DNA from: Candidatus Omnitrophota bacterium | Lineage (GTDB): Bacteria; Omnitrophota; Gorgyraeia; Zapsychrales; Zapsychraceae | Length of the DNA: 64,000 nucleotides | Assembly: GCA_029261055.1 (NCBI GenBank) | Contig: JAJDCA010000014.1 | Coordinates: 5,295-69,294, forward strand | Reading direction: 5' to 3' | Shown: positions 39,801-49,853 of the stretch, piece by piece | How the letters are laid out: each line of letters opens with the position of its first letter | Numbering within the stretch: the stretch's first letter is position 1 | Program-made: the position numbers and the translations under genes | Notes under the pieces: model-generated | The model's input: the letters and a program-made list of their open reading frames with translations, nothing else | Databases searched by the model: none | What the model was told of the DNA's origin: nothing

Positions 39801-41066
39801 TTGTCCAGTGACATGAAAAATTATTTAGTAAATATTGATAAACGTTTTTTGGATGTTATTAAAAAGATCGGCCAAGAAAGTGACCGTCAAAAAATGTCAG
39901 CGTACATTGTTGGCGGTATTGTGAGGGATATTCTTCTGAAGAAGAAAAATTATGATTTGGATATTGTTATTGAAGGCAATGTGAAAAAATTGGCACAGAG
40001 TTTGGCTAAGAAATTAAAGGCGAAAGCGATATTTTATGAACAATTCGGTACAGCTACGTTGAATTTGGAGAATAAGCTGCGTATTGATTTGGTCACCGTA
40101 CGAAAAGAATCTTATGCGCGCTCAGGTGCGTTGCCTAATGTTAAGCTGGGGACGTTAAGGGACGATCTTTTTCGTCGGGATTTTACCATTAATGCAATGG
40201 CGATGGGCATTAATCATTCAAATTTTGGGCATCTCATTGATTTATTTAACGGCAAGGAAGATATTCGGCACGGTAAAATTAGGGTCTTACACGATAAGAG
40301 TTTCATTGATGATCCAACGCGGATTTTGAGGGCTGTACGTTTTGAACAACGGTTTCAATTTCATATTGAACGGCACACGTTAAGCTTATTAAAGAAGGCT
40401 ATAAAAAATAAATTAACGGATAATGTCACCCCGACGCGTTATTTTGTCGAATTTAAAAAAATGTTATGTGAGAAAAGTCCTGTGCCAAATTTAAGGCGTT
40501 TAAAGGGGCTGGGAGGTTTTTATTTTTTACATCCACAGTTTAAAATTAATCTTCGGCATGTTAACGCTGTTCATCAAAATATTCAAAAGATGAGACGGAA
40601 GTCTATGTATAAGGATCAGAACCAATGGTGGATGGTTTATTTGTTGGCTATTGTCACTCATCTTTCAGGGGATCAACGTAAAGGTTTTGGAAAAAAGGTG
40701 CATTTACGCCGAGAAGAGGCCAAGAGTTTGGCGCAACTCGAGGATTGCTCAGAAATTATGAAGCAATTTTTACGCAAATCATTAAAACGAAGTGAAATTT
40801 TAAAAATGTTGCATTCTTTGGAAGAATCTGTAATTTTTTATTTGCGGGCCAAGACAAACCAGCAGCAAAGTCATCAGTACATTGATCGATATTGGTCGGT
40901 CGATAAAAATGTGCAATTGAGTATAAGTGGCGAGGATCTCAAACAAATAGGATTGCATGAAGGTAAGAAAATGGGTAGAATGTTAAACGAAATTTATTAT
41001 CACAAGATCGATAAGCACATACAAACAAAACAAGAAGAGTTGAAATTAGCAAAACAATTATACTAA
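39801..41066 (+). CDS. CCA-adding enzyme / poly(A) polymerase family nucleotidyltransferase with a C-terminal HD-like domain
   Basis: GGIVRD..DLD..RDFTINAMA head-domain motifs. Confidence 0.75.
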   Translation: MSSDMKNYLVNIDKRFLDVIKKIGQESDRQKMSAYIVGGIVRDILLKKKNYDLDIVIEGNVKKLAQSLAKKLKAKAIFYEQFGTATLNLENKLRIDLVTVRKESYARSGALPNVKLGTLRDDLFRRDFTINAMAMGINHSNFGHLIDLFNGKEDIRHGKIRVLHDKSFIDDPTRILRAVRFEQRFQFHIERHTLSLLKKAIKNKLTDNVTPTRYFVEFKKMLCEKSPVPNLRRLKGLGGFYFLHPQFKINLRHVNAVHQNIQKMRRKSMYKDQNQWWMVYLLAIVTHLSGDQRKGFGKKVHLRREEAKSLAQLEDCSEIMKQFLRKSLKRSEILKMLHSLEESVIFYLRAKTNQQQSHQYIDRYWSVDKNVQLSISGEDLKQIGLHEGKKMGRMLNEIYYHKIDKHIQTKQEELKLAKQLY

Positions 41067-41208
41067 TTCTATTATTTAATAGATTTAGTATTATAGCAAA
41101 TCCATTAAATAATTACTCTTTTGGTAGTGGCTATTCTCGTAGAAGCGTTCGAGAAAAGCCAAATGGATTATGGTCATTATTTAATGGAATTGGTATTACT
41201 AGGAGCAA

Positions 41209-41580
41209 ATGATTATGGATCGAATGGACAGAATTAATCAGCAAATGAAACGTGAATTGGGGACTATTCTCCAGCAAGATTTAAGTGATCCACGTTTACA
41301 ATTTGTCTCAATCACGGCCGTCAATGTGAGCCGGGATTTAAGAAGTGCGAAGGTGTATTTTAGTGTATTAGGTGAGCCGCATCAAGAAAGTATTATTCAT
41401 GAAATATTGGATAAAGCGGGCGGGTTCATCCGGAAATTAATTAGTCAGCGTCTTAATTTAAGAAACACGCCGGCATTTTCATTTTATTATGATAAATCAA
41501 TTGCCTTTAGCGATCAGCTAGAGGAAACTTTAAAGGAAATCCATGATGAAGAAGATACTTCAAACGATCAAGAAGAATGA
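41209..41580 (+). CDS. rbfA: ribosome-binding factor A
   Basis: RINQQMKRELGTIL..DPRL..VSITAVNVSRDLRSAKVYFSV. Confidence 0.85.
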   Translation: MIMDRMDRINQQMKRELGTILQQDLSDPRLQFVSITAVNVSRDLRSAKVYFSVLGEPHQESIIHEILDKAGGFIRKLISQRLNLRNTPAFSFYYDKSIAFSDQLEETLKEIHDEEDTSNDQEE

Positions 41581-42499
41581 AACTTTTCTTCTCAGTACAC
41601 ATGTTAATCCTGACCCGGATGCTTTGTCTTCCGAGTTAGTATTGGATATTTATTTGCGGTCACTGGGAAAGAAAGTTTTTATTGTTAATGAAGAAAAGGT
41701 TCAGGACAGGTTAGATTTTTTACCTGGAGGAAAGCGGATAAGAGGTTTTAAGAAAAACTTAACGATAGATTATGATGTGGCTATTGTTGTCGATTGTGGT
41801 GATTTAAATCGCATCGGAAAAGTGCAAAATCTTATTCAAAGCGATAAAGTGCTCATTAATATTGATCATCATATTACTAATGATAAATTTGGTAGCTTAA
41901 ATTTAGTTGTACCGGATGCTTCTTCAACAGCTGAGGTTTTGTATGATTTCTTAAAAACAGCACATTTTCAGATGACAAAGAACGCCGCCCTTTTATTGTA
42001 CGCGGGTATTTTAACAGATACAGGGTCATTTCGTTATGCCAATACAACACATAAGACCCATTTGATTGCCGGGGAATTACGAAAATTTCCCTTTTCAGCG
42101 GATGATCTGTATCGCCAGCTTTACGAGACAATGCCTTTAAATGACGTCAAAGAATTTACAAAATTGATAAGTCGTTTTGATGCAATTTATTTGGGAAAAG
42201 TCGTATGTCTTGAATTGCGTAAACGTGTCCTTGCACGTTTTTCCGGGAATATTGATTTGCGCGATATGATTTTTAAATTCTTGCGTGCTATAAAAGGTGT
42301 TGAGGTTTGTGTTATTTTTACAGAGGTGAATTCTAAGGAAACAAGAATTAATTTTCGGTCAATGGGAGATTTTAATGTAGCTAAATTGGCATCAAATTTT
42401 AATGGCGGTGGTCATCGTCGGGCTAGTGGAGGTCGAATGGATGCAGGTATCAGCGAAACGCGTAAGGCTGTATTAAAGAAAATTGGAAAGGCTTTATGA
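41543..42499 (+). CDS. nrnA: DHH/DHHA1 phosphoesterase (NrnA-like nanoRNase / pAp phosphatase)
   Basis: HVNPDPDA, DHH and GGGH motifs. Confidence 0.75.
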   Translation: MMKKILQTIKKNETFLLSTHVNPDPDALSSELVLDIYLRSLGKKVFIVNEEKVQDRLDFLPGGKRIRGFKKNLTIDYDVAIVVDCGDLNRIGKVQNLIQSDKVLINIDHHITNDKFGSLNLVVPDASSTAEVLYDFLKTAHFQMTKNAALLLYAGILTDTGSFRYANTTHKTHLIAGELRKFPFSADDLYRQLYETMPLNDVKEFTKLISRFDAIYLGKVVCLELRKRVLARFSGNIDLRDMIFKFLRAIKGVEVCVIFTEVNSKETRINFRSMGDFNVAKLASNFNGGGHRRASGGRMDAGISETRKAVLKKIGKAL

Positions 42500-43161
42500 T
42501 GGAAGGCATACTTATTCTGGATAAGCCGAGTGGAATGACATCACATGATGTTGTTCAGAAGGTGCGGAAGAAGTTTCATATGAAACGTGTCGGTCATGCT
42601 GGCACACTTGATCCTTTGGCGACGGGTGTTTTGGTGATTTTGATTGGAAAAGCCACTAAACTTATGGAGAAGTTTGTTGCCTTTGATAAAGCCTACCGGT
42701 CGACCCTGATTTTAGGACGAACAACCCGTTCAGCTGATATTCAAGGCGAGACACTTGAAGAGGCTCCGTATGACCATATTACAGAACAAGAAATTATTGA
42801 ATCGTTTAAATGTTTTGAAGGAGATATTGAACAAGTGCCTCCAATGGTTTCGGCCGTCAAAGTGAAGGGGAAAAAGTTGTATGAACTTGCGAGAAAGAAA
42901 ATAGTCATTGAGCGCAAACCTCGTCAAATACGCATTGATTGCCTAAAGGTATCTGAAATGGACATCCCTCATGTTAAATTTTATATGGAATGTTCTAAGG
43001 GGACCTATGTGCGTCAATTGGCGGACGATATTGGAAAGAAATTAGGATGCGGGGCATGTATTTCACAGATTGAGCGGACAAAAGTCGGTCCTTTTACGCT
43101 TGAAGAATCTGTTAATTTAGAGGATATCAATGAAAGTCATATACGGCATTGGACAGGTTAA
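42496..43161 (+). CDS. truB: tRNA pseudouridine(55) synthase
   Basis: GHAGTLDPLATGVL catalytic Asp motif. Shorter than E. coli TruB (no PUA domain). Confidence 0.85.
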   Translation: MMEGILILDKPSGMTSHDVVQKVRKKFHMKRVGHAGTLDPLATGVLVILIGKATKLMEKFVAFDKAYRSTLILGRTTRSADIQGETLEEAPYDHITEQEIIESFKCFEGDIEQVPPMVSAVKVKGKKLYELARKKIVIERKPRQIRIDCLKVSEMDIPHVKFYMECSKGTYVRQLADDIGKKLGCGACISQIERTKVGPFTLEESVNLEDINESHIRHWTG

Positions 43162-44074
43162 AAAGAAATTTAAGAATGCCGTTTTAGCGATCGGCGTTTT
43201 TGACGGTCTGCATATTGGGCATCAGGCTTTGATTAAAAAAGCTGTTGCCAGAGCCAAAGCGATTAAGGGACAAGCCCTTGTGATGACGTTTGCGCCTCAT
43301 CCGGTGCATGTTTTGCGCCCGGAAATTTTCCAGCCACTTATTACGCCAATGGACTATCGACTTAAACTTATTGAAGAGTTTGGTGCTGCCGCCTGTATTG
43401 TTGTACGTTTTACAAAACGATTTGCGCAACTCACGCCGCAGAAATTTATTCAACGGTATTTTATTGACCGCATTCAGCCTAAAGAAATTTTTGTCGGTAA
43501 TGATTTTCGTTTTGGTCACGGCCGGAGTGGTACGTTGGATTATTTTAGTAAGACGGCGAAGGATAACGGATTAAAAGTTAACCCTGTCGAGACAGTTCCT
43601 CTTAATGGGGAAAAAGGAAAAAAAATAGGCAGTACGCATATCCGGCATTTAATTCACGATGGAAAATTAGAAAATGTACACAAACTTTTGGGCCGTCCTT
43701 TTTCATTGATGGGCCATATCGTCCGGGGAGATAAGCGAGGTCAAACCTTGGGATATCCCACGGCTAATCTTCACCCGGATGTGTCCAAACAAATTTTACC
43801 TCCTTTAGGCGTTTATGCCGTTATTATCAGAATTGGCCAAAAGACTTACCACGGTATGGCTAATGTCGGCCGCAGACCATCGTTTAAAACACCCAAATCG
43901 GCCATCACCGTTGAAACGCATATTTTTGATTTTTCAAAAGACATTTACGGGCAGGAAATCATAGTGTTATTCTACAAAAAAATCCGCAACGAAAAGAAAT
44001 TCCCCTCAAAAGAATGTCTTATCCGGCAATTAAAAAAGGATGAGGTTGTAGCTCAAGAAATTTTCCTGATTTAG
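43130..44074 (+). CDS. ribF: bifunctional riboflavin kinase / FAD synthetase
   Basis: GVFDGLHIGH adenylyltransferase motif and GYPTAN, GRRP kinase motifs. Confidence 0.85.
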   Translation: MKVIYGIGQVKKKFKNAVLAIGVFDGLHIGHQALIKKAVARAKAIKGQALVMTFAPHPVHVLRPEIFQPLITPMDYRLKLIEEFGAAACIVVRFTKRFAQLTPQKFIQRYFIDRIQPKEIFVGNDFRFGHGRSGTLDYFSKTAKDNGLKVNPVETVPLNGEKGKKIGSTHIRHLIHDGKLENVHKLLGRPFSLMGHIVRGDKRGQTLGYPTANLHPDVSKQILPPLGVYAVIIRIGQKTYHGMANVGRRPSFKTPKSAITVETHIFDFSKDIYGQEIIVLFYKKIRNEKKFPSKECLIRQLKKDEVVAQEIFLI

Positions 44075-44190
44075 CAGTATTTTTACCCCACCATTTTTCA
44101 AATAAAGAATTCCATATGTAGTATTCTAAATAAAACTCACCACAATTTTTTGTATCTTGTTGAAATATAATATGTTTTCTTAAAAAATGA

Positions 44191-44219
44191 TTGACACTGT
44201 CCCATAGTATAGATATACT
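44191..44219 (+). promoter_or_regulatory. dcw-cluster promoter: TTGACA, 17-nt spacer, TATACT
   Basis: Read directly. Lies ~130 nt upstream of mraZ. Confidence 0.55.
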
Positions 44220-44227
44220 GTAGTTCG

Positions 44228-44253
44228 AAGTGGGGGGAAGTGGAGTGAAGTGG
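44228..44253 (+). promoter_or_regulatory. MraZ operator: three direct AAGTGG repeats at exact 10-bp periodicity
   Basis: AAGTGGGGGG AAGTGGAGTG AAGTGG immediately downstream of the -10. MraZ boxes are GTGG(G) direct repeats at 10-bp spacing. Confidence 0.7.
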
Positions 44254-44348
44254 TTTTAGTGTTATTCATCTTCTTTTCATCCTCAGAAGTACTCCTCTTT
44301 TGACCTCAAAGGGCACGATTAAAATTTTGGCTTACCAAAGGTATTGAT

Positions 44349-44786
44349 ATGTTTTACGGAGAATATAAACATAACCTCGATCGAAAAGGCCGATTGATTT
44401 TGCCGTCGAAATTCCGTGAAGTATGCCGGGAAAACATGGTAGAACGTTTTTTTCTGACACGTGGTTTGGATAAATGTATCTTTATGTTCAGCGAAGCCGA
44501 GTGGCGTATCCAGGAGCAAAAATTTAAAAATATGCCGTTTACAAAACAGGAAACACGAAATTTTAATCGTATGTTTTTTGCAGGAGCGGTGGACGTTAAT
44601 CCGGATAAACAAGGACGTTTTGTGATGCCTCCGTATCTGAAAGAATATGCGGATATTCAACGGGAGACAGTCGTGATTGGTGTTTCAAATAGAATAGAGA
44701 TTTGGAGTCAAAAAAAGTGGGAAGATTTTTATACAAATTCCAGCGATTCGTTTGAGCAGATTGCAGAGAATATGTTGACTTTGTAA
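44349..44786 (+). CDS. mraZ: transcriptional regulator MraZ
   Basis: Two DXXXR-containing halves: N-terminus YKHNLDRKGRLILP and second half PDKQGRFVMPP. Confidence 0.9.
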   Translation: MFYGEYKHNLDRKGRLILPSKFREVCRENMVERFFLTRGLDKCIFMFSEAEWRIQEQKFKNMPFTKQETRNFNRMFFAGAVDVNPDKQGRFVMPPYLKEYADIQRETVVIGVSNRIEIWSQKKWEDFYTNSSDSFEQIAENMLTL

Positions 44787-44807
44787 ACATTTTATGGCGT
44801 GTAATTA

Positions 44808-45770
44808 ATGGCTAAAGGTAAAAAAAAGATGACCCCAGCGATAGAAGAACACATCGAAAATAAGATTGAAAAAACGCAGACGAATCACATTTCTGTGATG
44901 TCGAATGAAGTGGTTGAATATTTACGGCCGCAGGAGGGTGAGGTTTTTGTCGATGGAACGCTTGGTATGGGTGGGCATGCTGAGGAAATTCTTAAGCATC
45001 TTGGGTCAAAGGGGCGATTGATCGGCATTGACCGTGATGCAGCGTCATTGGCTGTGGCCAAAGAGCATTTGCAAGCCTATCATGATCAATGCCTATTTAT
45101 TCATGAAGATTATAGAAATATCAATAAAGTTTTAGAAGGATTGAGCACTCCATCTGTGGATGGCATACTTTTGGATTTGGGGCTTTCCAGTTTTCAGTTA
45201 GATAATCCTGAACGTGGTTTTAGTGTGCGGGCCGAAGGGCCTTTAGATATGCGTATGGATCAAAACAGTCATATTTCAGCGTATGATTTAATTAATTCGC
45301 TTTCTGAAAGAGAAATTAGTTCAATTCTCAAGGATTTTGGAGAGGAGCGTTGGCATAAGGCTATTGCGCGTCGTATTGTTTGGCAACGTGCTAAGGAACC
45401 GATTGAAACAACAAAGGATTTAAGTCGGGCTGTGTTGCAGGCCATTCCTATGCAAAGAAAACGAAAATCTGAACGCATTCACCCTGCGACACGGACATTT
45501 CAGGCTTTCCGTATTGCCGTCAATAGAGAATTAGAATCATTAGAAATTGCTTTAGAAACATGTAAGAGTTTCTTGAAAGTGGGAGGGCGATTGGGCGTGA
45601 TAGCTTTTCATTCTCTTGAAGATAGAATTGTGAAACATAAGTTTCGGGCTTGGGCCAAAGAAAAGAATTTTCGTTTAAGCATGCAAAAACCATTACGTCC
45701 AACCGAAGAAGAAATTAAACAAAATTCGCGTGCCAGAAGTGCACGGTTAAGAGTTATAGAGCGTATTTAG
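44808..45770 (+). CDS. rsmH: 16S rRNA (cytosine1402-N4)-methyltransferase
   Basis: HISVM, DGTLGMGGH and DLGLSS motifs. Confidence 0.9.
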   Translation: MAKGKKKMTPAIEEHIENKIEKTQTNHISVMSNEVVEYLRPQEGEVFVDGTLGMGGHAEEILKHLGSKGRLIGIDRDAASLAVAKEHLQAYHDQCLFIHEDYRNINKVLEGLSTPSVDGILLDLGLSSFQLDNPERGFSVRAEGPLDMRMDQNSHISAYDLINSLSEREISSILKDFGEERWHKAIARRIVWQRAKEPIETTKDLSRAVLQAIPMQRKRKSERIHPATRTFQAFRIAVNRELESLEIALETCKSFLKVGGRLGVIAFHSLEDRIVKHKFRAWAKEKNFRLSMQKPLRPTEEEIKQNSRARSARLRVIERI

Positions 45771-45781
45771 GAGCAGTTAAA

Positions 45782-46165
45782 ATGTCATTAGGAAAGTTTT
45801 TTAAATTTGTCGGTTTAGCCACACTTTTAAGTCTGGTGTATATCCATATGCAGATGCAGATTATCGATATGGCCTATAAAGGGCGTGCTAAAGAACATGA
45901 TATTCGAAAGCTTATTGAAGAAAATGGCAATACGACCTATACGATTTTATCGCTGAAATCTGCGAATAATTTAGGTATTCAAATTCTTTCTGAAGATTCC
46001 GACATGCAGTTTGCTGATCCTGATGATATTGTGAGACTCAATGCGCCTGATAAAATTTTTGGTATTGATCAGCTTTCAAAAAAATCTCAACCTGAAACAA
46101 AATCTAATCCTTTGTTATCATTCTTATCTTTTGAGACCCTCGCAGAGGCAAGAGATAAAGAATAA
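45782..46165 (+). CDS. ftsL: cell-division protein FtsL-like (bitopic)
   Basis: Single N-terminal transmembrane helix. Position between rsmH and ftsI. Confidence 0.55.
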   Translation: MSLGKFFKFVGLATLLSLVYIHMQMQIIDMAYKGRAKEHDIRKLIEENGNTTYTILSLKSANNLGIQILSEDSDMQFADPDDIVRLNAPDKIFGIDQLSKKSQPETKSNPLLSFLSFETLAEARDKE

Positions 46166-46176
46166 GAGCAAGACGT

Positions 46177-47856
46177 GTGCAAATTCGTAAATATCCCCTT
46201 CGATCTAGTGTTATCATTATCGGTTTTATTGCCTGCCTGATTTTCTTTTCTGTTAAATTGGTTCTTATCCAGATTTTTCGTTCTTCTTATTTAGCTGATC
46301 TTGCGGAAAAACAGCATAGTTATTTTGTCGAATTAGAGTCTGTCCGCGGCAGTATTTATGATCGGAATTTACGCCCATTGGCTTTTAACGTGGCCGTGTA
46401 TTCTTTATTTGCTAATCCCAGAATAATGTCGGATGCAGATAAGGAAAAGGCCCTTCAATATCTTCCCGGCTTACTTAATTTGGAAACGGCTCTTATTCAG
46501 AAGCGTCTGAGTAGGAAAAAATATTTTGTTTGGATTAAGCGAAAATTGACATCTGAATTAGTCGAAACCATCAAACAATTAAAAATTAATGGTCTTGATT
46601 TTCGTAAAGAGAGTAAACGATTTTATCCAAACGGATATTTAGCGGCCCATATTATAGGATTTGCCGGGACGGATAATCAAGGTTTGGAAGGGTTGGAGTT
46701 GTCGTATAACAGAGAATTAAAGGGGCAGTCGGGACGTATGCAGGTTTACCGTGATGCACGGCAGAAAGGGCTGATGTTGGGCAATCATTACATTCCCCCT
46801 CAGGATGGTCACCATCTTATTTTAACGATCGATGAAACGGTCCAGTATGTGGCTGAACGGGCCCTTGAAAAAGGAATGAAAAAACATAACGCCAAGTCCG
46901 CTAGTATTATCGTTATGGATATTAAAACGGGAGAAATTCTGGCGCTTGCCAATAGGCCGACTTACAATTTGGGGGAAGTGGCCAAAAGCGATATCGGGAG
47001 TCGGACAAACAGGGCGATTAGTTTTGTTTATGAGCCGGGATCGGTTTTCAAGATTGTGGCAGCAGCCGCGGCTCTCGAAGAAGAAAAGTTTATTGAAACA
47101 GATACGATTTTCTGTGAAAATGGAGAATATAAAGTAGGCAATCATATTTTGCATGATCATCATCCGCAGGGTAAATTGACATTTCGGGAGGTTTTTGAGA
47201 AATCAAGTAATATCGGTGTTACAAAAATTTCTCAGAAGTTAGGTCCAAATAAAATATATAAATATGGAAAGAGATTTAATTTTGGCAATAAAACGGGGAT
47301 TGATCTTAAGGGGGAAGTTTCTGGCCATTTAAAACATCCATCCCGATGGTCAAAGACATCCATAGGGGCTATTCCGATAGGTCAAGAAGTCATTGTTACG
47401 CCTCTTCAGTTAGCATCGGCTATTTCAGCCGTGGCGAATAACGGGCTTTACATGAAGCCATTTGTGGTAAAATATATTAAAGATCAGCATGATCAGGTGA
47501 TTAAGTCTTTTTCCCCGAAGATTATTGACCGTGTGATTAGTCCGGACACAGCCAGGAGGGTTAAAGAAATTCTAGCTGGCGTCGTTGAAAGCGGAACGGG
47601 AAAAAGGGCTCAGATTAAAGGAATACGCGTGGCTGGTAAAACAGGCACAGCTCAAAAAGTTGAAAATAAACGGTATTCACACACCAAATTTTATGCCAGT
47701 TTTATAGGTTTTGCACCTGTAGATAATCCGCGTATTGCCGCTGTTGTGGTGTATGATGAGCCTCATCCTAGTCATTACGGTGGTACCGTTGCTGCTCCGG
47801 TATTTCAGGAAGTGGTGGAAAGTGCATTGAAATATTTGGGAAGTTTGGAGAGATAG
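46177..47856 (+). CDS. ftsI: penicillin-binding transpeptidase (FtsI/PBP3-like)
   Basis: SVFK (SxxK), SSN and KTGTA motifs. N-terminal membrane anchor. Confidence 0.85.
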   Translation: MQIRKYPLRSSVIIIGFIACLIFFSVKLVLIQIFRSSYLADLAEKQHSYFVELESVRGSIYDRNLRPLAFNVAVYSLFANPRIMSDADKEKALQYLPGLLNLETALIQKRLSRKKYFVWIKRKLTSELVETIKQLKINGLDFRKESKRFYPNGYLAAHIIGFAGTDNQGLEGLELSYNRELKGQSGRMQVYRDARQKGLMLGNHYIPPQDGHHLILTIDETVQYVAERALEKGMKKHNAKSASIIVMDIKTGEILALANRPTYNLGEVAKSDIGSRTNRAISFVYEPGSVFKIVAAAAALEEEKFIETDTIFCENGEYKVGNHILHDHHPQGKLTFREVFEKSSNIGVTKISQKLGPNKIYKYGKRFNFGNKTGIDLKGEVSGHLKHPSRWSKTSIGAIPIGQEVIVTPLQLASAISAVANNGLYMKPFVVKYIKDQHDQVIKSFSPKIIDRVISPDTARRVKEILAGVVESGTGKRAQIKGIRVAGKTGTAQKVENKRYSHTKFYASFIGFAPVDNPRIAAVVVYDEPHPSHYGGTVAAPVFQEVVESALKYLGSLER

Positions 47857-47926
47857 ATTTTTATTAGAGAAGCAAGAAGTAAAGAATCAAGATGCAGAGA
47901 GATAATAGATATAATTTGAGGAGAAA

Positions 47927-48286
47927 ATGCTAATGCAAAGAAATGTTATTTTTCATAATCCACGCTGTAGTAAAAGCCGGCAAACACTTCATTTTTTGGA
48001 AGAAAGAAATGTTGATATCGAGGTTGTTGAATATTTGAAGACACCACCATCTAAAGAAGAGTTGCAATTTATTTGTTCTAGATTAGATAAGAGACCTATT
48101 GAATTGATGAGAGTTAAAGAAAATCTTTTTAAGGAGTTAGGTTTGTCTATTGAAGATCCACGTTCTGATGAAGAGTGGATTGATATTTTATGTAAAAATC
48201 CGGCTCTTATTGAGCGTCCGATTGTTGTTTATAATCAAAAAGTTGCTCTAGGCCGCCCGCCCGAGGATGTGTTGGAGATAATTTAG
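47927..48286 (+). CDS. ArsC/Spx/YffB-family thioredoxin-fold protein
   Basis: 119 aa with an N-terminal CSKS (CxxS) motif of the ArsC family. Atypically located between ftsI and murE. Confidence 0.6.
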   Translation: MLMQRNVIFHNPRCSKSRQTLHFLEERNVDIEVVEYLKTPPSKEELQFICSRLDKRPIELMRVKENLFKELGLSIEDPRSDEEWIDILCKNPALIERPIVVYNQKVALGRPPEDVLEII

Positions 48287-48289
48287 AGT

Positions 48290-49744
48290 ATGTATTTGGA
48301 GGCATTATTAAAGGGTATTTATCCGCATGAATTAAATGAGGCTTATCGACAGACGGATATTGCAGGCATTTATTGTGATTCACGGCGCGTTAAGACAAAT
48401 AGTCTTTTTGTGGCGACGAAAGGATCATCGTCTGATGGGGCCAATTTTATTAATCAAGCGATTGATAATGGAGCTTCTGTAGTCGTTTCGCATAAGCCAA
48501 GAGATAAATATTGTATTGAAAAAAAAGTTTGTTATCTCACCGTTGAAGATGCGTCTCAGTTTTTACGTGATGTCGCTAAACGGTTTTATGGGCAACCTTC
48601 TGAAAAAGTCTGCACAATCGGTATTACCGGAACTAATGGTAAGACCACCGTCGCTTATCTTATTGAATCTATTTTACATCAGGCCAAAAAAATATGTGGT
48701 GTTATTGGAACGGTGAATCACCGTATTGGGTCAAGAATCTTTCCATCCAAAAATACAACGCCGGGATTTCTTGATAATCAGGAGTTTTTAGCTTCTTTAG
48801 TTGAGCAAAATATCGATTATTGCGTTATGGAGGTGTCTTCGCATGCATTAGATCAGGGGCGTGTGGATGGTATTGATTTTAAACAAGCCGTATTTACAAA
48901 TTTGTCGCATGAACATTTGGATTACCATGAAAATCATGAAAATTATTTTGAAGCCAAATCTAAACTGTTTACCGGGTTGTCTTCCACGTCTGTAGCGGCT
49001 GTTAATAATGATGATCCTTACGGGCAGAGGCTTATTCCACAAATTTCTTCCGGTATTAAGACGTATGGCATTGGCCGTCCAGCTGATATTATGGCCAAAG
49101 ATATTCAATTACATATTAACGGATCCCAGTTTCAATTATGCACCCCTGACGGGAATGTGCCTGTCCATACAGCGTTGATGGGGATGTATAATATTTATAA
49201 TATTCTCGCGGCTGTAAGTGTTTGTTTGAACGAAGGGATCCCTTTAAACGAAATTAAAGAAGGGATAGAGAAATTGTCTTGTGTGCCTGGCCGTTTGGAG
49301 AGAGTGGATTGCGGGCAGGATTTCGCTATTTTTATCGATTATGCCCACACAGAAGATGCTCTTGTAAATGTTTTGCAGGCGATTAAAGATATTTCTAAAG
49401 GCAGGCTCATTTTAGTTTTTGGATGTGGTGGTGATCGAGATAAAACAAAACGACCTTTGATGGGTCGTGTGGCCGGTCAGTTAGCAGATATATCCATTGT
49501 CACCAGCGATAATCCCCGTAATGAGGATCCACAGAGTATTATTGATCAAGTAGTAGAGGGGTTTGAAGGGGATAATTACGTTTCTATTCTAGATCGCAAA
49601 GAAGCGATACGTAAAGCTCTAGGGATGGCTCTGCAAGATGATGTTGTTCTTCTGGCTGGTAAAGGACATGAGGATTATCAAATCATTCGGGGAAAGAAAG
49701 GGGCCTTTAATGAACGGCTGGTTATTGAAGAAATATTAAAGTAA
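48290..49744 (+). CDS. murE: UDP-N-acetylmuramoyl-L-alanyl-D-glutamate--2,6-diaminopimelate ligase
   Basis: GITGTNGKTT P-loop and the DNPR motif of meso-DAP-adding MurE. Confidence 0.85.
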   Translation: MYLEALLKGIYPHELNEAYRQTDIAGIYCDSRRVKTNSLFVATKGSSSDGANFINQAIDNGASVVVSHKPRDKYCIEKKVCYLTVEDASQFLRDVAKRFYGQPSEKVCTIGITGTNGKTTVAYLIESILHQAKKICGVIGTVNHRIGSRIFPSKNTTPGFLDNQEFLASLVEQNIDYCVMEVSSHALDQGRVDGIDFKQAVFTNLSHEHLDYHENHENYFEAKSKLFTGLSSTSVAAVNNDDPYGQRLIPQISSGIKTYGIGRPADIMAKDIQLHINGSQFQLCTPDGNVPVHTALMGMYNIYNILAAVSVCLNEGIPLNEIKEGIEKLSCVPGRLERVDCGQDFAIFIDYAHTEDALVNVLQAIKDISKGRLILVFGCGGDRDKTKRPLMGRVAGQLADISIVTSDNPRNEDPQSIIDQVVEGFEGDNYVSILDRKEAIRKALGMALQDDVVLLAGKGHEDYQIIRGKKGAFNERLVIEEILK

Positions 49745-49853
49745 GTTAACCCAACTTTACAAGAATTGATGGTTTTTTGGACTAATCAATAAATGGCAAA
49801 AATTTAAAGACGTACGGAAGAGCCTGAGGCTTGGAAATGAGAAAGAGGAATAT

